64,000 nucleotides of DNA from the human T2T-CHM13v2.0 reference genome, Homo sapiens. Each line of letters begins with the position of its first letter. Position 1 is the first letter of the stretch. Positions 63,871-64,000 of the stretch are shown here, piece by piece. The position numbers and the translations under genes were made by a program. Where the stretch lies: the NCBI RefSeq assembly GCF_009914755.1, contig NC_060925.1; one strand, written 5' to 3'. The notes below the pieces were generated by a model. That model was not told where the DNA came from. It worked only from the letters and a program-made list of their open reading frames with translations, and did not search any database.

Positions 63871-64000
63871 AGCATCTGACAGCCTGGAACAGCACCGTGC
63901 ACCCCCAAGTGAGAATGTGACAGCCTGGAGCAGCAACCACAACCCCAGGTGAGTATCCAACAGCCTGGAACAGCACCGACACCCCAAGGAGAGCATCCGA

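Larger units (their letters stand above)
1..64000. repeat. Tandem satellite array of a ~40-bp monomer (~1,590 copies, head-to-tail, one orientation, runs off both window ends)
   Basis: Every line contains variants of CAGGTGAGCATCTGACAGCCTGGA(A/G)CAGCACCCACACCCC. The A-form consensus has 16 C, 11 A, 9 G and 4 T on +. Recurrent 41-bp units end in CAGCACCCTGCACCCC or CAGCACCCCACACCCA, and occasional units are 33-39 bp. No inversion or non-repeat insertion was seen. Confidence 0.99.
1..64000. repeat. Probable identity: D1Z2 midisatellite of human (or ape) chromosome 1p36.3, TTC34 region
   Basis: The reverse-complement consensus CCTGGGGGTGTGGGTGCTGTTCCAGGCTGTCAGATGCTCA matches my recollection of the 40-bp 1p36 midisatellite unit, and an array longer than 64 kb fits that locus. 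This is recalled knowledge and needs BLAT/BLAST confirmation. Confidence 0.8.

Noticed and set aside
1-64000. CRISPR-like appearance (conserved GAGCATC and GGAGCAGCACCC flanking a variable ~8-nt segment, partly palindromic unit)
   Set aside because: The variable part is short, alignable to the consensus and recurrent rather than unique. There are no 25-45 bp spacers, no leader and no cas genes.
1-64000. Immunoglobulin switch region, telomeric/TAR or alpha-satellite identity
   Set aside because: The consensus lacks GAGCT/GGGCT pentamer runs, TTAGGG and any 171-bp AT-rich unit, and the array is much longer than a switch region.
1-64000. Two CCWGG (Dcm/EcoRII) sites per monomer and loose Chi-like similarity
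   Set aside because: These are bacterial signals with no relevance to what appears to be a vertebrate satellite, and the exact Chi octamer GCTGGTGG is not in the consensus on either strand.
1-64000. Synthetic sequence or collapsed/looped assembly artefact
   Set aside because: Duplicated blocks carry scattered private substitutions and whole-monomer indels with a CpG-type mutation spectrum, as expected of a naturally evolved array. Local misassembly cannot be excluded without reads.

Overview
All 64 kb is one uninterrupted, single-orientation tandem array of a ~40-bp monomer, about 1,590 units. The consensus on + is CAGGTGAGCATCTGACAGCCTGGA(A/G)CAGCACCCACACCCC, with 39- and 41-bp length variants. 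From memory, and not checked against a database, it matches the human/primate 1p36.3 'midisatellite' D1Z2, which I recall lying in the TTC34 region. I see no unique DNA, transposon, RNA gene, CRISPR array or credible CDS. The hundreds of long minus-strand ORFs arise because the minus-strand consensus has no stop codon in any frame and one ATG per unit. I found no new gene-encoded system. The real signal is the internal structure of the array: diagnostic variant monomers in conserved-order cassettes, a 640-bp 16-mer higher-order repeat, a degenerate 6.2-6.7 kb super-period, dispersed 1-2 kb duplications up to 52 kb apart, a CpG-deamination signature and a quasi-palindromic double E-box core. 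All counts and block boundaries were read by eye and are approximate.
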